From Savitreella phatthalungensis (lineage: Eukaryota), in assembly GCA_051599415.1 (NCBI GenBank), contig AP039699.1, positions 1 to 64,000 of the forward strand: a stretch of 64,000 nt of DNA, written 5' to 3'. The first letter of the stretch is position 1. The number at the start of each line of letters is the position of its first letter. A program made the translations under genes and the position numbers. Shown one piece after another: positions 8,702 through 19,123 of this stretch. The notes under the pieces were generated by a model, which worked only from the letters and a program-made list of their open reading frames with translations, had not been told where the DNA came from and did not search any database.

Positions 8702-10495
8702 ATGCCTTCTCGCGACGTCTCTACCAACGCAAATTATTCGTCATGGCGGACGCGGCACACCGTACTGGATTGCACAATAGATTTTGTGCAACAATGTTTG
8801 ATCGGCAAGGTGGGTTTGACGGTAGACAAGGTTGGAAGCGAGGCAACCGACGAGCTGGTGCTCGACACATCATTCCTGAATATCGATCGTGTCGATGTCG
8901 ACGGCAATCCTGTCTCATACGAAGTTCGACAGAGAAAGGAGCCTCTCGGCAGCCCTCTTGTGATCCGGTTACCTGCAGATGCCGCCGGAAGCATCGCAAT
9001 AACCATTCACTACTCCACGACCGCGCGCTGCACAGCGCTACAATGGCTTGACCCACCGTACGTCTTCAGTCAGTGCCAGGCGATTCATGCACGATCGATG
9101 TTTCCATGTCAAGATACACCATCGGTCAAGTCAACATATGAAATGAAGCTGCGCAGCCCCTTCCCCGTTGTAGCCACGGGCAATGCTCGTGGTGCGCTTG
9201 ATTTTCACAATGGCGCCCTAATGTACGTCTTCGATCAACCGGTGCCCATTCCGTCCTATCTCTGCGCCATAGCCTCAGGTGACCTGGCTGCTGCACAGAT
9301 CGGCCCGCGATCGACTGTCTATCGTGAGCCACGCTTCATTCATGAGACACAGATGGAAATGGCGCCTGTTGTCGAGAACTTTATCGCCGTTGCTGAATCG
9401 TTTCTGCCAGCATATGCATGGACGTCCTACAATGTCCTTATCCTACCACAGAGCTTCCCTTACGGAGGTATGGAGAACCCGCAAATAACGTTCGCGACTC
9501 CTACTATCCTCTCCGGCGACGGCTCGAACTTGGACGTGATTATCCACGAGCTAGCACATAGTTGGTCCGGAAATCTTGTCACAGCGGCTAGTTGGGCACA
9601 TTTCTATCTGAACGAAGGGTGGACCGTGTGGCTAGAGCGTAAGATCCTCGAAAAGCTTCACGGGCGAGCAGTTGCACAGTTCAGCGCACTCATCGGGTGG
9701 CGCGCGCTTGAGGAGTCCGTTGCCAATTTTGGGCCCGAGCACGAATTCACCAAGCTTCTGCCAGATCTCGACGGGCAGGACCCGGACGATGCCTTCAGCA
9801 GCGTGCCGTACGAGAAGGGCTTCAATTTGCTGTACGAAATCGAGAACCTCGTTGGGTCGGCAAAGTTCGAGCCATTCGTCTACTCGTGGTTCTCCACCTT
9901 TGCAGGAAACTCCGTGACCACAGATGATCTGCAGACCCACCTCAGCACATTCTTCGCCGCCGATGCCGACGCTACGGAACAGCTGCAAAAAGTAGACTGG
10001 CAGATGTGGCTGCACGCTCCCGGGCTGCCGAAGAAGCCAGACTTTGATCTTAGCCTTGCGCAGCCGTGCTACGCTCTGGCTGATGCATGGTGTTCGCATT
10101 CAACGACAGAAGATTTCAATGCTGACGACATTGCGGAATTCGACGGATCCCAGCGCGTGCTATTCCTTGAAACGTTGACGAAAAATCCCAGTCCGCTGTT
10201 CGACGATGACCGCGTCCAGAAGCTTGACGAGATCTACAATCTGACCTCATCGCGCAACGCAGAGGTTCTGCACCGATTCCTCCTACTGGCGCTCCGCCTC
10301 CGAGCGAGGCCGTTTTATGAACGTACAGCAGACTTTCTCGGTACCGTCGGTCGCATGAAATATGTGCGTACATTGTTCCGCGAGCTCAACGTCTGCGACG
10401 CTGAATTCGCAAAGGCGACTTTCAACACGATCAAAAGTCGTCTCCATCCAATTTGTAGGACGATGGTGGCACGCGATCTCGGCATCCAAACATAG
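8702..10495 (+). CDS. LAP2: Leukotriene A4 hydrolase / M1 leucyl aminopeptidase
   Basis: FSQCQAIHARS, YGGMEN, HELAH..NEG and AFSSVPYEKG motifs. Confidence 0.95.
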   Translation: MPSRDVSTNANYSSWRTRHTVLDCTIDFVQQCLIGKVGLTVDKVGSEATDELVLDTSFLNIDRVDVDGNPVSYEVRQRKEPLGSPLVIRLPADAAGSIAITIHYSTTARCTALQWLDPPYVFSQCQAIHARSMFPCQDTPSVKSTYEMKLRSPFPVVATGNARGALDFHNGALMYVFDQPVPIPSYLCAIASGDLAAAQIGPRSTVYREPRFIHETQMEMAPVVENFIAVAESFLPAYAWTSYNVLILPQSFPYGGMENPQITFATPTILSGDGSNLDVIIHELAHSWSGNLVTAASWAHFYLNEGWTVWLERKILEKLHGRAVAQFSALIGWRALEESVANFGPEHEFTKLLPDLDGQDPDDAFSSVPYEKGFNLLYEIENLVGSAKFEPFVYSWFSTFAGNSVTTDDLQTHLSTFFAADADATEQLQKVDWQMWLHAPGLPKKPDFDLSLAQPCYALADAWCSHSTTEDFNADDIAEFDGSQRVLFLETLTKNPSPLFDDDRVQKLDEIYNLTSSRNAEVLHRFLLLALRLRARPFYERTADFLGTVGRMKYVRTLFRELNVCDAEFAKATFNTIKSRLHPICRTMVARDLGIQT

Positions 10496-10518
10496 AAATC
10501 GAATAGTGTTAATGGCTA

Positions 10519-13500
10519 CTAAGATGAGGACGTGAGGCGCCGGATAATCTCTTGCCTGTCGTCCTCGGACATGGCAAGCAGAGTGTTGCTCATGCCGTCA
10601 AGGACACCAGTTTTGTTGTGCTTCAGGGCCTTGGCAACTCTCGAGAACATGTCTTGTACGGCGAGATGGCCGTTATCTGCTTCAAGGCGTGCAATGATCT
10701 GCTTACTGTCGCGTTCCAGCCAGCCAGCGATCTCGCGATCATCATGTTCCCAGTCAGCGCTGCCGCTGTTGCTCTCCAGATACCATCTGAAGAGCTTTGC
10801 AGACTTTTGCGCGTATCCGCCTGCGTCCATCTTGTTAATGATGTAATGCTCGTTGAGGCGTCTGCGTATGCGCCAGTAGAAGAAGCGTCGAGCATTACGC
10901 CACTCCAAGGCCTTCCGAATCGTGCCCTTCGCCTGCATGCGCCCCGCCCGATCGTGCAGATCCGCGAACTGAATGCTGATTTGCTGGTATACAGGCATCA
11001 GCATTTGCTCTCGCTCCTGAAGCTTCACCTTGAGCTCTGGAATCTGCGAATCGCCCGCATCGCATAGGTCGAGTTGCCGTTTGAGGGACGCGTATGATTG
11101 GTCCAGCCGAGACATGGTCTCGAGCAGCTTTTCTCGTCGGAATTTGATGCCGACGATGCCTTCTGGCTCCAATACACCAGCGCGGGAGTCGACATCGGCA
11201 TACATCTCCATCATGTCTGGGTTGATTGTTGGATCAACAACGACCCAGGAGCCGCCTCGAAGCTCACCGAAAGGCGGGATGTAGACGAAAATAGGCTGTT
11301 TGTAAGCGACCAGTGCATCGACGATATAAGACCCGTACTTCAGCACTTCGTTGAACATGTCGCGCTGCCCGCCGGAGAATCCTCGCCAGTTTGCCAAGAT
11401 CATCAATGGTAACTGCTCGCCGTGATTGAAGTCGTTGATAGCTTGAGCAGTCTTGAATGCTGAGTTAGGGTACCAGACCTGCCCTGCCTCCATAAATAGC
11501 TGCTCGGTACTTTCCGGATTCGCCGGATCAGCAGGCACGACGTTCTCGACAGACCGCGTCTCGACTGCGATGACTCCCATAGGAATACCGCCGAGACGAG
11601 CACGGCCGACGACAACAGTGCGAGCCCAGCCTCCGAGAGATTCCTGGAAGGAGTCTCTGTCGAAGAGACCGCTGATGAACGTCCCGTCAGTCTCAACTCC
11701 GCCGATCAGGTGGCGCACATCGTACGCGCCCTTAGGTGGCGCGAAATCAATGTCGCGGTCCCAGGAGTCGCTGTGAACGAGGGAAATGGGTACCGGGGAT
11801 CCGCGCTTGTCCGGCACGAACGAGAGCCACTTCACGATGCCAGCCACGCCATCGAGGTCGTCGCGTGCTGTGATGTGCGATACACCGTTCTTGTACATAA
11901 TCTGAGTTCCTCCAAGCTGCAAATTTGATGCGTAGACCTCGCGTCCCAGAAGCTTGTTTATTGCAGGAGCTCCGGTCAAGATGATGGGTTGTCCTTCGAC
12001 TTGCACAGCACGCTGACCGAGGCGAACCAAATAGGCGCCAATACCGACGGAGCGGCACGTAACGAGAGTGCAGGTGAAGATGTCCCTGTAAGCGCGTGAT
12101 GTCTCGCCGGCGATGAGACCCGAGCCGCGCAGACATTCGACGCCGAGGCCATCCTCGGCGCCAATGATGGTATTAATGCGGAAACGCGTCTCACCGTCAT
12201 CCGTGACTGGCTCAGTGATGACGTCTTTGCGGCCCGTCTGTTGGAGCTGTCTTTCAACGTCTGGTGTAAGATAGAGGTACTTGAAGCCCTTGTCGGGATT
12301 CGACGGATCATGCCATGCGACCGAGAAGAGCGGGATGAGCTCTTCAGCTATGCCGATACGTGCCCCAGAATTGGCTGAAAGGTAAATACGCGGAATGCCA
12401 AGCTTGCGTGCGAGTTCCGTCGCCTTGTGGAAATAGCGGTCTTCCTGTGGGCCGAAGCTACCGATCTTGTAGGTAATGTCGTTGGCGACTAGGATCATCC
12501 GGCGCCCCTTGGGATACTCCGGTGTTTTTGCCACACAAAGCCATGCCACCATGCCGATATTGTTAGTTCCGGGCTCACGAGACACCTCCTGCAGGACGCC
12601 TTGGTCGTCAAGCACGAGCTCTCGGGCGACAAAGATATCCTCGGGCACACCAGCGGCAGCGCCGTGTGCAATCGCTCGAGTCCATTCGTTCCGGATTGCT
12701 TGCCTGAAAAGCTCCTGGAAGTCGTAAAGATAGGTCGTTCCCATAAGATGAGCTTTGTAACGCTTTGGTTGCAACCATTCTTTTGTCGGGTAGGGAGTGG
12801 TGATGGGTCTGAGATGCATCGAGCCATTGGGGCCGATCGATTTGAAAATCCACTTGCCGTTTGTGTCTTTCACCTCCGCGTACAGCTCAATCTTAACGAC
12901 AAAGCCAGAGACATTGGAAATAATCACACGCAGCGGGAATGCAATGCCTGTGGAAGAGTCTGTGCACATGATTCGCACCTCACAGCCTGTGACGCGAAGG
13001 CGCCAAAGTCGGCGACCGAACCGCTCGAGGAAGCCTCCAAGGGCTGCTTCGACCATATCTGGCTTGAGATCGACAAACGTTTGAGTGAAAAAGATGTGGA
13101 TGTGATTGAGATCAGTGTTCTCCGTTCCGATGATCTCGAGTGCATCAAGGATGTCGTTGACGAGCCTGTCGGTCTCGGAGATGAGGTACTCAGCAGCCGG
13201 AATGTCCGCCCGCAGACGTCCAGGTCGCACAATAGCTCGGGTGAAGAAACGCTGATCTGTTGGCGCTTTCTTGGCGGTCGCCTTGTAGACGTGGACATTG
13301 TGATTGCCCGTAAACACGGGATTGATGTCGAAGTTCGACAAACGGCCAAGCTCGAGCTGAAAGGCGAGCGCCGGCTCGATATGACGAATACTTTGATCCT
13401 CAACGTATTCGGTGCTGCGCTGTTCGCGGAAATAGCCAGGATGACGGAACGTGAAATACGATGGATAAGACTTGCCTTCTCGGCCGACGAGGAAAGTAAT

Positions 13501-16500
13501 GCGTCGCACACCGTTCTTGAGCAAGTCCTGCTGATTGACCTTCAGAATGGGACGGACGTATTGTAGGAATGCCTCGTCGTCCATGTCACGATCACGAATG
13601 GCCACATTCAACACATTGACAAGCTCCTCTGGTCGCGTCTTGATTTCGATAGCCGCCTCGGATTTTTGACCGCCGATTGTCGGCATGTAGTCGTCCTCGT
13701 CGTCCTCGTCGGCGGGCGTGTTTCCGGGCCTTCGCGGTCCGTCACCGTTCAGGTACAGCTGATTTCCCAAAGCTTCTATCGCGCGGGGCAACTGCTCCTC
13801 GACATCGTCGACAGAAGCACAGGGCACAATCGCACCTACCCTGATAGGCTCGCTTGCGCTTTTAAAGAATGTCAGGTCGCTGATCGACATGACGCGGGAT
13901 ACGCGTCGCGCAAAGTCATCATTGCTTTCGCCGTCGCGTGGAGTTGCAGGTGTCTGGGTGCCCGTTAGCGCCCCTGGGCGCGATTCGCTGCGTAATTGGA
14001 AGTCCCATGTCAGGATGAAGGGCGACTCAGTTTCAGTCACGTAATTCAGTCCGTGGAGTGAATAGGCCCGATAAGCACGGCGTACGTAGACTTCCAGAGC
14101 GGCGAGTGCAACCCAGGGATCATGTGATGCGAAGAAGATCGGCAAGACGTCGAAAACTGTGAAGCGGGAGTCGATAAGCTCGCGCAGCATCTCTTCGTTC
14201 GGCGAGCGGTGTGAAGAAGTTTGCTCCCCGTAGCGTGAGTCAACCACGGACGATTTGAGGATATGCTCCATCTGGCTAGCGCGTTCTTGCACTGAAGGCA
14301 GACTCGACTGAATAAGGATTTCACGAGCCTTCAGGGCGACCTTCGCCGTGGCTCGGGATTCCAGTTCGGCAAGGCGCTTCAGGATGATACCAAATCCACG
14401 CGAAACATCGCCGGTACTCGTTCTCACAACCTCAAGTATCGCAAGGACGAGATTGTTCTTGGACCCTACGCGTGAGTGTGAGAGAGACATTTGTACGACC
14501 TTTCTGATATCGTCCTTGTTCTCCTCGCGCAGTTTCAAGATGACGTCTTCGTGCCTGTTGTTGCCAGTGAAGAGCGATTCGACATGCCAATACGATTCGA
14601 GCAGGCTGTTCATGACGGCAATCTCATGTGCTTGCAAACCACCCTTGTAGCGTTCCAGAACTGCTATGAGAGGGCTCAGTGCAGCGCGTGTTAATTCGGC
14701 CTCTTTCGCGTTCATTGACTCTCTCAAAAACGTCTCTAGAGTCCTGAGAAGAGCCTTTGCTGGGAATTCGAGTTTGCGAGTGGCCGCTTTCTCAACTTGA
14801 CCTTGGAGCATAGCCTCGAGCTTCGATGGCATGCGACTCGCAAGAGCAGCATGTATTGATGCCCATTCACCAAAGGGCAACTCCGGATTGCGCAGAACCT
14901 CGACGAGCTCTTTCAAGGATGCGCTCATGACAATCTGATTGTCGAAGCCATTCAAAATGTTTTGCAGGATATTCAGCAGCAACGGAAAGCGTTGGGAGGG
15001 ACGGTCACCGACAATTTGAGGAGGCTTCCACGCGGGAAACTGACCTTCAAATGGCTTTGCATGCTTTACACGTGAAGGATCGTCAAGCTGCAAGACGCCC
15101 AAAATGTCGCCGGCCTCCAGCGAAGCGCCTGGTTGCTTGATCAGGTTGACAGTGCCGTCCTCGAGTGCCACAAGAGGCATGATCATCTTCATGACCTCGA
15201 CTTCGGCATACGGCTGACCCGCCTTGATGGTCTCCCCCGAGTCGACGAGGAATCGGACCAATTTGCCTGGCGATGGACTCCGCAGCTGCGTCGGATCGTT
15301 TTCCTGCTCGAGCAAGCATGTCTTGCTGTCCACGGACATGCGAGTCGAGCCGACCTCTTCACGCCAATATACCGTGTGGCTCCGACCGTCCAGAAGTACC
15401 AGGAGACCGCCATCTGAAAGGGTACGGACGCCGACGGTGCATTTTGAACCATTCAAGAAGAGATGGTACGCATCGAGACTCGCACGTGTGGCGGTAAAAC
15501 GGAAGCGCTCTCCCTCATAAATGAAGTCCACTGGAAACACAGTTTTCAGCACATCCTTCCCCGGAACCTGGCCGCGCTCGAGTGAGACTTGGTACTCGGA
15601 AAGACCCGCCTCACTGGCCAGGTGAGCCTTTGTTATTGCGCCACAAACGACTGCAAGCATGGTGTCCGGCCGCTCAGCCGTCAGTCGAGCGCTGATGAGG
15701 TCGTCCAACCACGCCGTCGTGATAGCGTTGTCCTCAAAAGCGGGTGTCTCGAGCAGCTTGATGAGATATTCGACTGTTGTTTTGAAATCGCCGCGGATGG
15801 ACAGCTCTTTGAGCGCCACAACCATGTTCTTCCGACTCGCGCTACGATTCTCTCCGAAGGCAAAGATGTGACCAAATTGGGAATCAGCGAATTGATGAAT
15901 GCCACCAGCTGTTCCGACAGAAAAGTAACCCCAGACATTGCTCGAAGAACGGAAGTTCAAATCTGTGAGCATACCAGAGGAGGGTTTGAAGCCCGCACCA
16001 GGATCTTCCGAGGTGATACGGCATGCCGTTGTGTGGCCCTTTGGAGCAGGTCTGCGCTGTGTCTTGTGGCTCTCCGAGTCCGTGAAATCGAAGTCAATCG
16101 GTGTAGCGAGCTTTGGATCAACGCCGTAAAGCAGTCGAATATCCTTGATGCGATGCAACGGCAAGCCCATCGCAATCTGCAGCTGCGCCGCTGGTAAGTT
16201 GACACCTGTGACCATCTCCGTAGTCGGATGCTCCACCTGGAGACGCGGATTCAGCTCCAGAAAGTAGAACTTGTCGTCCGCATGGGAATACAGGTATTCG
16301 ACAGTGCCTGCAGAGACGTAGCCAACGAGGCGCCCAAGACGCACAGCTGCTTGCTCCATGGCTGTGAATGTTTCTGGTTTCGCAATCGTAACCGGGGCCT
16401 CTTCAATTATCTTTTGATGCCGTCGCTGGACCGAACAGTCGCGTCCGAACAGTGAGATGTTGTTGCCATATTGATCCGCGAGCAGCTGTACTTCGAGATG

Positions 16501-17319
16501 TCTAGCGCTGTTTGCAAGTTTCATAATGAAGATGGGCGAGCCTGGGACTTCGGCAGCCACTTGGTCATACAGCGATTTGAAATTCGCTTCATTCTCAACC
16601 TTGCGAATACCTTTGCCGCCACCACCCTCTGAAGCTTTGATCATGACCGGAAAGCCTATCAAGCGAGAACGCGACAATCCTTCGTCCGCGTCATGAGTGC
16701 AAGCTTTGTGATAAATCTCGTCTGCGACCGTCACGATCCCTTTCTCATCGACAAGGACTTCACTGACGCCTGTGCCGGACCAGCCCATACAGGGAACCTG
16801 TGCGCTCTGTGCAACAATCGTAGATGAAATCTTGTCTCCCAGAGAACGCATGGCCGAACCAGGAGGTCCAATGAAGACTATGTTGTGTTTTGCCAGGGTC
16901 TCCGGCAGCCGTGGGTTCTCCGATGCATGTCCCCAGCCGGCCCAGACAGCGTGTACCTTGTAACGGATGGCGACCTCTACGATCAGATCCACGTTAGCAT
17001 AATTGTTGTTATTCGACCCCCCAGGAACTTCGACAAACTCATCAGCCATGCGAATGTAGTCGGCATTGACAGCAAGATCTTCGGGGGTGCACATGACGGT
17101 GAACTGGACAGCTCGCTCGTCATTGAACTCGTCGTAGGCCCATTTGCGAACAGAGCGAATCTCTTTCACCGCGGCAATGCCGTTGTTGGCAATGAGGACT
17201 TTGGTGATGACGGTGTGTCCGTCGTGTTTCTGGACGAAATCACGCACAGGAGAATTACTGGCAGATTCGAGCGAGTTGAAGCCGTAGAAATGATCGGCCA
17301 GCTTGGTTAGCGACGCCAT
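10519..17319 (-). CDS. ACC1: Acetyl-CoA carboxylase (multidomain BC-BCCP-CT)
   Basis: KVLIANNGIAAVK, RDCSVQRRHQK, biotin motif EVMKM, CT motifs ANWRGFSGGQ, and Snf1/AMPK-type site SRVMSISDL. First ATG is 17319, with an in-frame upstream extension (see findings). Confidence 0.98.
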   Translation of the reverse strand: MASLTKLADHFYGFNSLESASNSPVRDFVQKHDGHTVITKVLIANNGIAAVKEIRSVRKWAYDEFNDERAVQFTVMCTPEDLAVNADYIRMADEFVEVPGGSNNNNYANVDLIVEVAIRYKVHAVWAGWGHASENPRLPETLAKHNIVFIGPPGSAMRSLGDKISSTIVAQSAQVPCMGWSGTGVSEVLVDEKGIVTVADEIYHKACTHDADEGLSRSRLIGFPVMIKASEGGGGKGIRKVENEANFKSLYDQVAAEVPGSPIFIMKLANSARHLEVQLLADQYGNNISLFGRDCSVQRRHQKIIEEAPVTIAKPETFTAMEQAAVRLGRLVGYVSAGTVEYLYSHADDKFYFLELNPRLQVEHPTTEMVTGVNLPAAQLQIAMGLPLHRIKDIRLLYGVDPKLATPIDFDFTDSESHKTQRRPAPKGHTTACRITSEDPGAGFKPSSGMLTDLNFRSSSNVWGYFSVGTAGGIHQFADSQFGHIFAFGENRSASRKNMVVALKELSIRGDFKTTVEYLIKLLETPAFEDNAITTAWLDDLISARLTAERPDTMLAVVCGAITKAHLASEAGLSEYQVSLERGQVPGKDVLKTVFPVDFIYEGERFRFTATRASLDAYHLFLNGSKCTVGVRTLSDGGLLVLLDGRSHTVYWREEVGSTRMSVDSKTCLLEQENDPTQLRSPSPGKLVRFLVDSGETIKAGQPYAEVEVMKMIMPLVALEDGTVNLIKQPGASLEAGDILGVLQLDDPSRVKHAKPFEGQFPAWKPPQIVGDRPSQRFPLLLNILQNILNGFDNQIVMSASLKELVEVLRNPELPFGEWASIHAALASRMPSKLEAMLQGQVEKAATRKLEFPAKALLRTLETFLRESMNAKEAELTRAALSPLIAVLERYKGGLQAHEIAVMNSLLESYWHVESLFTGNNRHEDVILKLREENKDDIRKVVQMSLSHSRVGSKNNLVLAILEVVRTSTGDVSRGFGIILKRLAELESRATAKVALKAREILIQSSLPSVQERASQMEHILKSSVVDSRYGEQTSSHRSPNEEMLRELIDSRFTVFDVLPIFFASHDPWVALAALEVYVRRAYRAYSLHGLNYVTETESPFILTWDFQLRSESRPGALTGTQTPATPRDGESNDDFARRVSRVMSISDLTFFKSASEPIRVGAIVPCASVDDVEEQLPRAIEALGNQLYLNGDGPRRPGNTPADEDDEDDYMPTIGGQKSEAAIEIKTRPEELVNVLNVAIRDRDMDDEAFLQYVRPILKVNQQDLLKNGVRRITFLVGREGKSYPSYFTFRHPGYFREQRSTEYVEDQSIRHIEPALAFQLELGRLSNFDINPVFTGNHNVHVYKATAKKAPTDQRFFTRAIVRPGRLRADIPAAEYLISETDRLVNDILDALEIIGTENTDLNHIHIFFTQTFVDLKPDMVEAALGGFLERFGRRLWRLRVTGCEVRIMCTDSSTGIAFPLRVIISNVSGFVVKIELYAEVKDTNGKWIFKSIGPNGSMHLRPITTPYPTKEWLQPKRYKAHLMGTTYLYDFQELFRQAIRNEWTRAIAHGAAAGVPEDIFVARELVLDDQGVLQEVSREPGTNNIGMVAWLCVAKTPEYPKGRRMILVANDITYKIGSFGPQEDRYFHKATELARKLGIPRIYLSANSGARIGIAEELIPLFSVAWHDPSNPDKGFKYLYLTPDVERQLQQTGRKDVITEPVTDDGETRFRINTIIGAEDGLGVECLRGSGLIAGETSRAYRDIFTCTLVTCRSVGIGAYLVRLGQRAVQVEGQPIILTGAPAINKLLGREVYASNLQLGGTQIMYKNGVSHITARDDLDGVAGIVKWLSFVPDKRGSPVPISLVHSDSWDRDIDFAPPKGAYDVRHLIGGVETDGTFISGLFDRDSFQESLGGWARTVVVGRARLGGIPMGVIAVETRSVENVVPADPANPESTEQLFMEAGQVWYPNSAFKTAQAINDFNHGEQLPLMILANWRGFSGGQRDMFNEVLKYGSYIVDALVAYKQPIFVYIPPFGELRGGSWVVVDPTINPDMMEMYADVDSRAGVLEPEGIVGIKFRREKLLETMSRLDQSYASLKRQLDLCDAGDSQIPELKVKLQEREQMLMPVYQQISIQFADLHDRAGRMQAKGTIRKALEWRNARRFFYWRIRRRLNEHYIINKMDAGGYAQKSAKLFRWYLESNSGSADWEHDDREIAGWLERDSKQIIARLEADNGHLAVQDMFSRVAKALKHNKTGVLDGMSNTLLAMSEDDRQEIIRRLTSSS

Positions 17320-17914
17320 CGTTTTTGATCGCTTCTGTATCGACAATGTCGGAGCGGTAAATTTGGCCGCAGTACTCAATCGACAACAAGCAATCGAACG
17401 TCTTTTCAGGAATTGTCCGCTCGTCTTCTGCCTGAGGATTGCTCGCGATAAACTTGACTGGTGAGCCCTCGTTTTCTAAAGTGAGCACTGGTGCTGTCGC
17501 GACGGACTGCGAACGGCACAAGAAGAAAAGGGTGTCGACGATATCTGACCGGGTTCGTGCGGTGTCAAGTGGCAGGGGCAAGCGTAACCCGAGTTGTCGT
17601 GGTATTAGGCCCGCTGGCGCGCGAATGAATGTCGATGGAACAAACCACTTATCGGCTTGATCGTTGAGAATCTATATCCCACCGCAATTAGCCTCCACGC
17701 GTCATGGCTGAATCGAACTCGCAGATCGTCTTGGGGATGACAGAGTTGGGCCAAAGAAATTTGATCAAACAGCTGATCAATGCAGGTAAGGATGGTGGGA
17801 CGGGTGAATGCCATACGTGCATATTTTAACCAAACCCTGACAAAGATGTGAGCAAGTCAATTAATGGGCTAATCACTGAGAGTTACTGATTACCCTGAAG
17901 TATTAACTATACAA

Positions 17915-18521
17915 TCAGCGAGCTCGGATCTGACTATATTTTTCCTGTCTTGTCTTGAGCTTCTGCTGTCTCTTACTCAGAGTATCTTGTCCAGACGCGG
18001 CTGGATCTGTCGCAGATGAGCTCATGCGTCCATCAGCATTTGCGCTCGTGCGGGCAGATACAACGCTACGGATGTACGGCCAAATTTTGACCACAGCGTA
18101 GCAAGGAATCTATATGTGTCAGTTTCCGGTAATGGATGAGCTCCCTGGGACATACCAGCAGATATAAAGTCCAGGCGTAGTCAGTGACAGCGGCGACAAG
18201 GGCGAATACAATCCAGGTGAGATAGATGAAGTCGAACAGATACTCGGTTACTCCCGCTTGTGAAAGATCATCCCCCGGAGATAACAAGGTCCCGTCGGGC
18301 GCGAAGCAAGGTTTTCCGATACGTTCAAGTTGTAGTTGAACCCCGATTGCGACAATGTTGGTTAGGAAGTAGAGTGCGAAGGTCTTCTTGTTGGTCGAGC
18401 CATATTGCCAGACTAGTCGGATAAGGATGAAGGCGAGATTGATGCAGGCTGCGATCTTGCGCATGCCAGCTATCTTGGTCGCATTGTTCTTCGCCAGTTG
18501 CTTTTCTGCTTGTCGCGCCAT
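17915..18521 (-). CDS. SND2: SRP-independent targeting protein 2 / TMEM208, 2 exons
   Basis: Motif G.DL...G.TEY.FD.IY.TW. Intron 18110-18155 (GTATGT..CTGAC..TAG) yields a C-terminus ...SKRQQKLKTRQEKYSQIRAR*. Confidence 0.9.
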
Positions 18522-18658
18522 GTAGACACGCCGAACCAGGACACCTGTGAATGCCGTCAGCCTGGTCTACGCTGAACCAAGAAATCGAAAGATTAACGTA
18601 GTGTGGAGTTGGTCTGGATGTATGCAAGAGCTGAAATCTAATTCCACAATCCGCAGCA

Positions 18659-19123
18659 ATGATGGACGAGGACAGGCAGGGGCAGCTTCTCGAACATCTG
18701 CCCATAGTCGTACGCAATCACATTTCAGACATATTGTCTGTTAGCTTCCATCGCCACATCGGACTGCGACTGAGCGCAATAGATGCCGCAGACCACGCTG
18801 TAATCGTGACTTTCCTAACTTCCGAGAAGACAATCACCCCGGCCGGGACATTGCACGGCGGCATCACGAATGCGCTTCTGGACGCAGCATGTGCGATTGC
18901 CACATGCACTACGATTCAGTGCGATGGCATCGTGCCCGCTACGTTGACCTCAAGCTTCCAAATGCTTGGTACTGTCAAAGGCACTGGTCACGTTATAACA
19001 ATTCAAGCAGCCGTCACCGGCAGGACGCGCCGTTTTGCGTTCGCGCGCGCCACGGCATCTGCTGGCGGTCGCATACTTGCAGAAGCCGTCCTGACGAAGG
19101 TTATGACAACAGCGGTCTTGTAA
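18659..19123 (+). CDS. PaaI-type hotdog-fold acyl-CoA thioesterase
   Basis: GTLHGG..ALLDAA motif, 154 aa. Confidence 0.85.
   Translation: MMDEDRQGQLLEHLPIVVRNHISDILSVSFHRHIGLRLSAIDAADHAVIVTFLTSEKTITPAGTLHGGITNALLDAACAIATCTTIQCDGIVPATLTSSFQMLGTVKGTGHVITIQAAVTGRTRRFAFARATASAGGRILAEAVLTKVMTTAVL

Noticed and set aside
12601..13566. 321-aa antisense ORF inside ACC1, and similar shadow ORFs in other genes
   Set aside because: Expected from codon bias on the opposite strand of GC-rich genes; no motifs.
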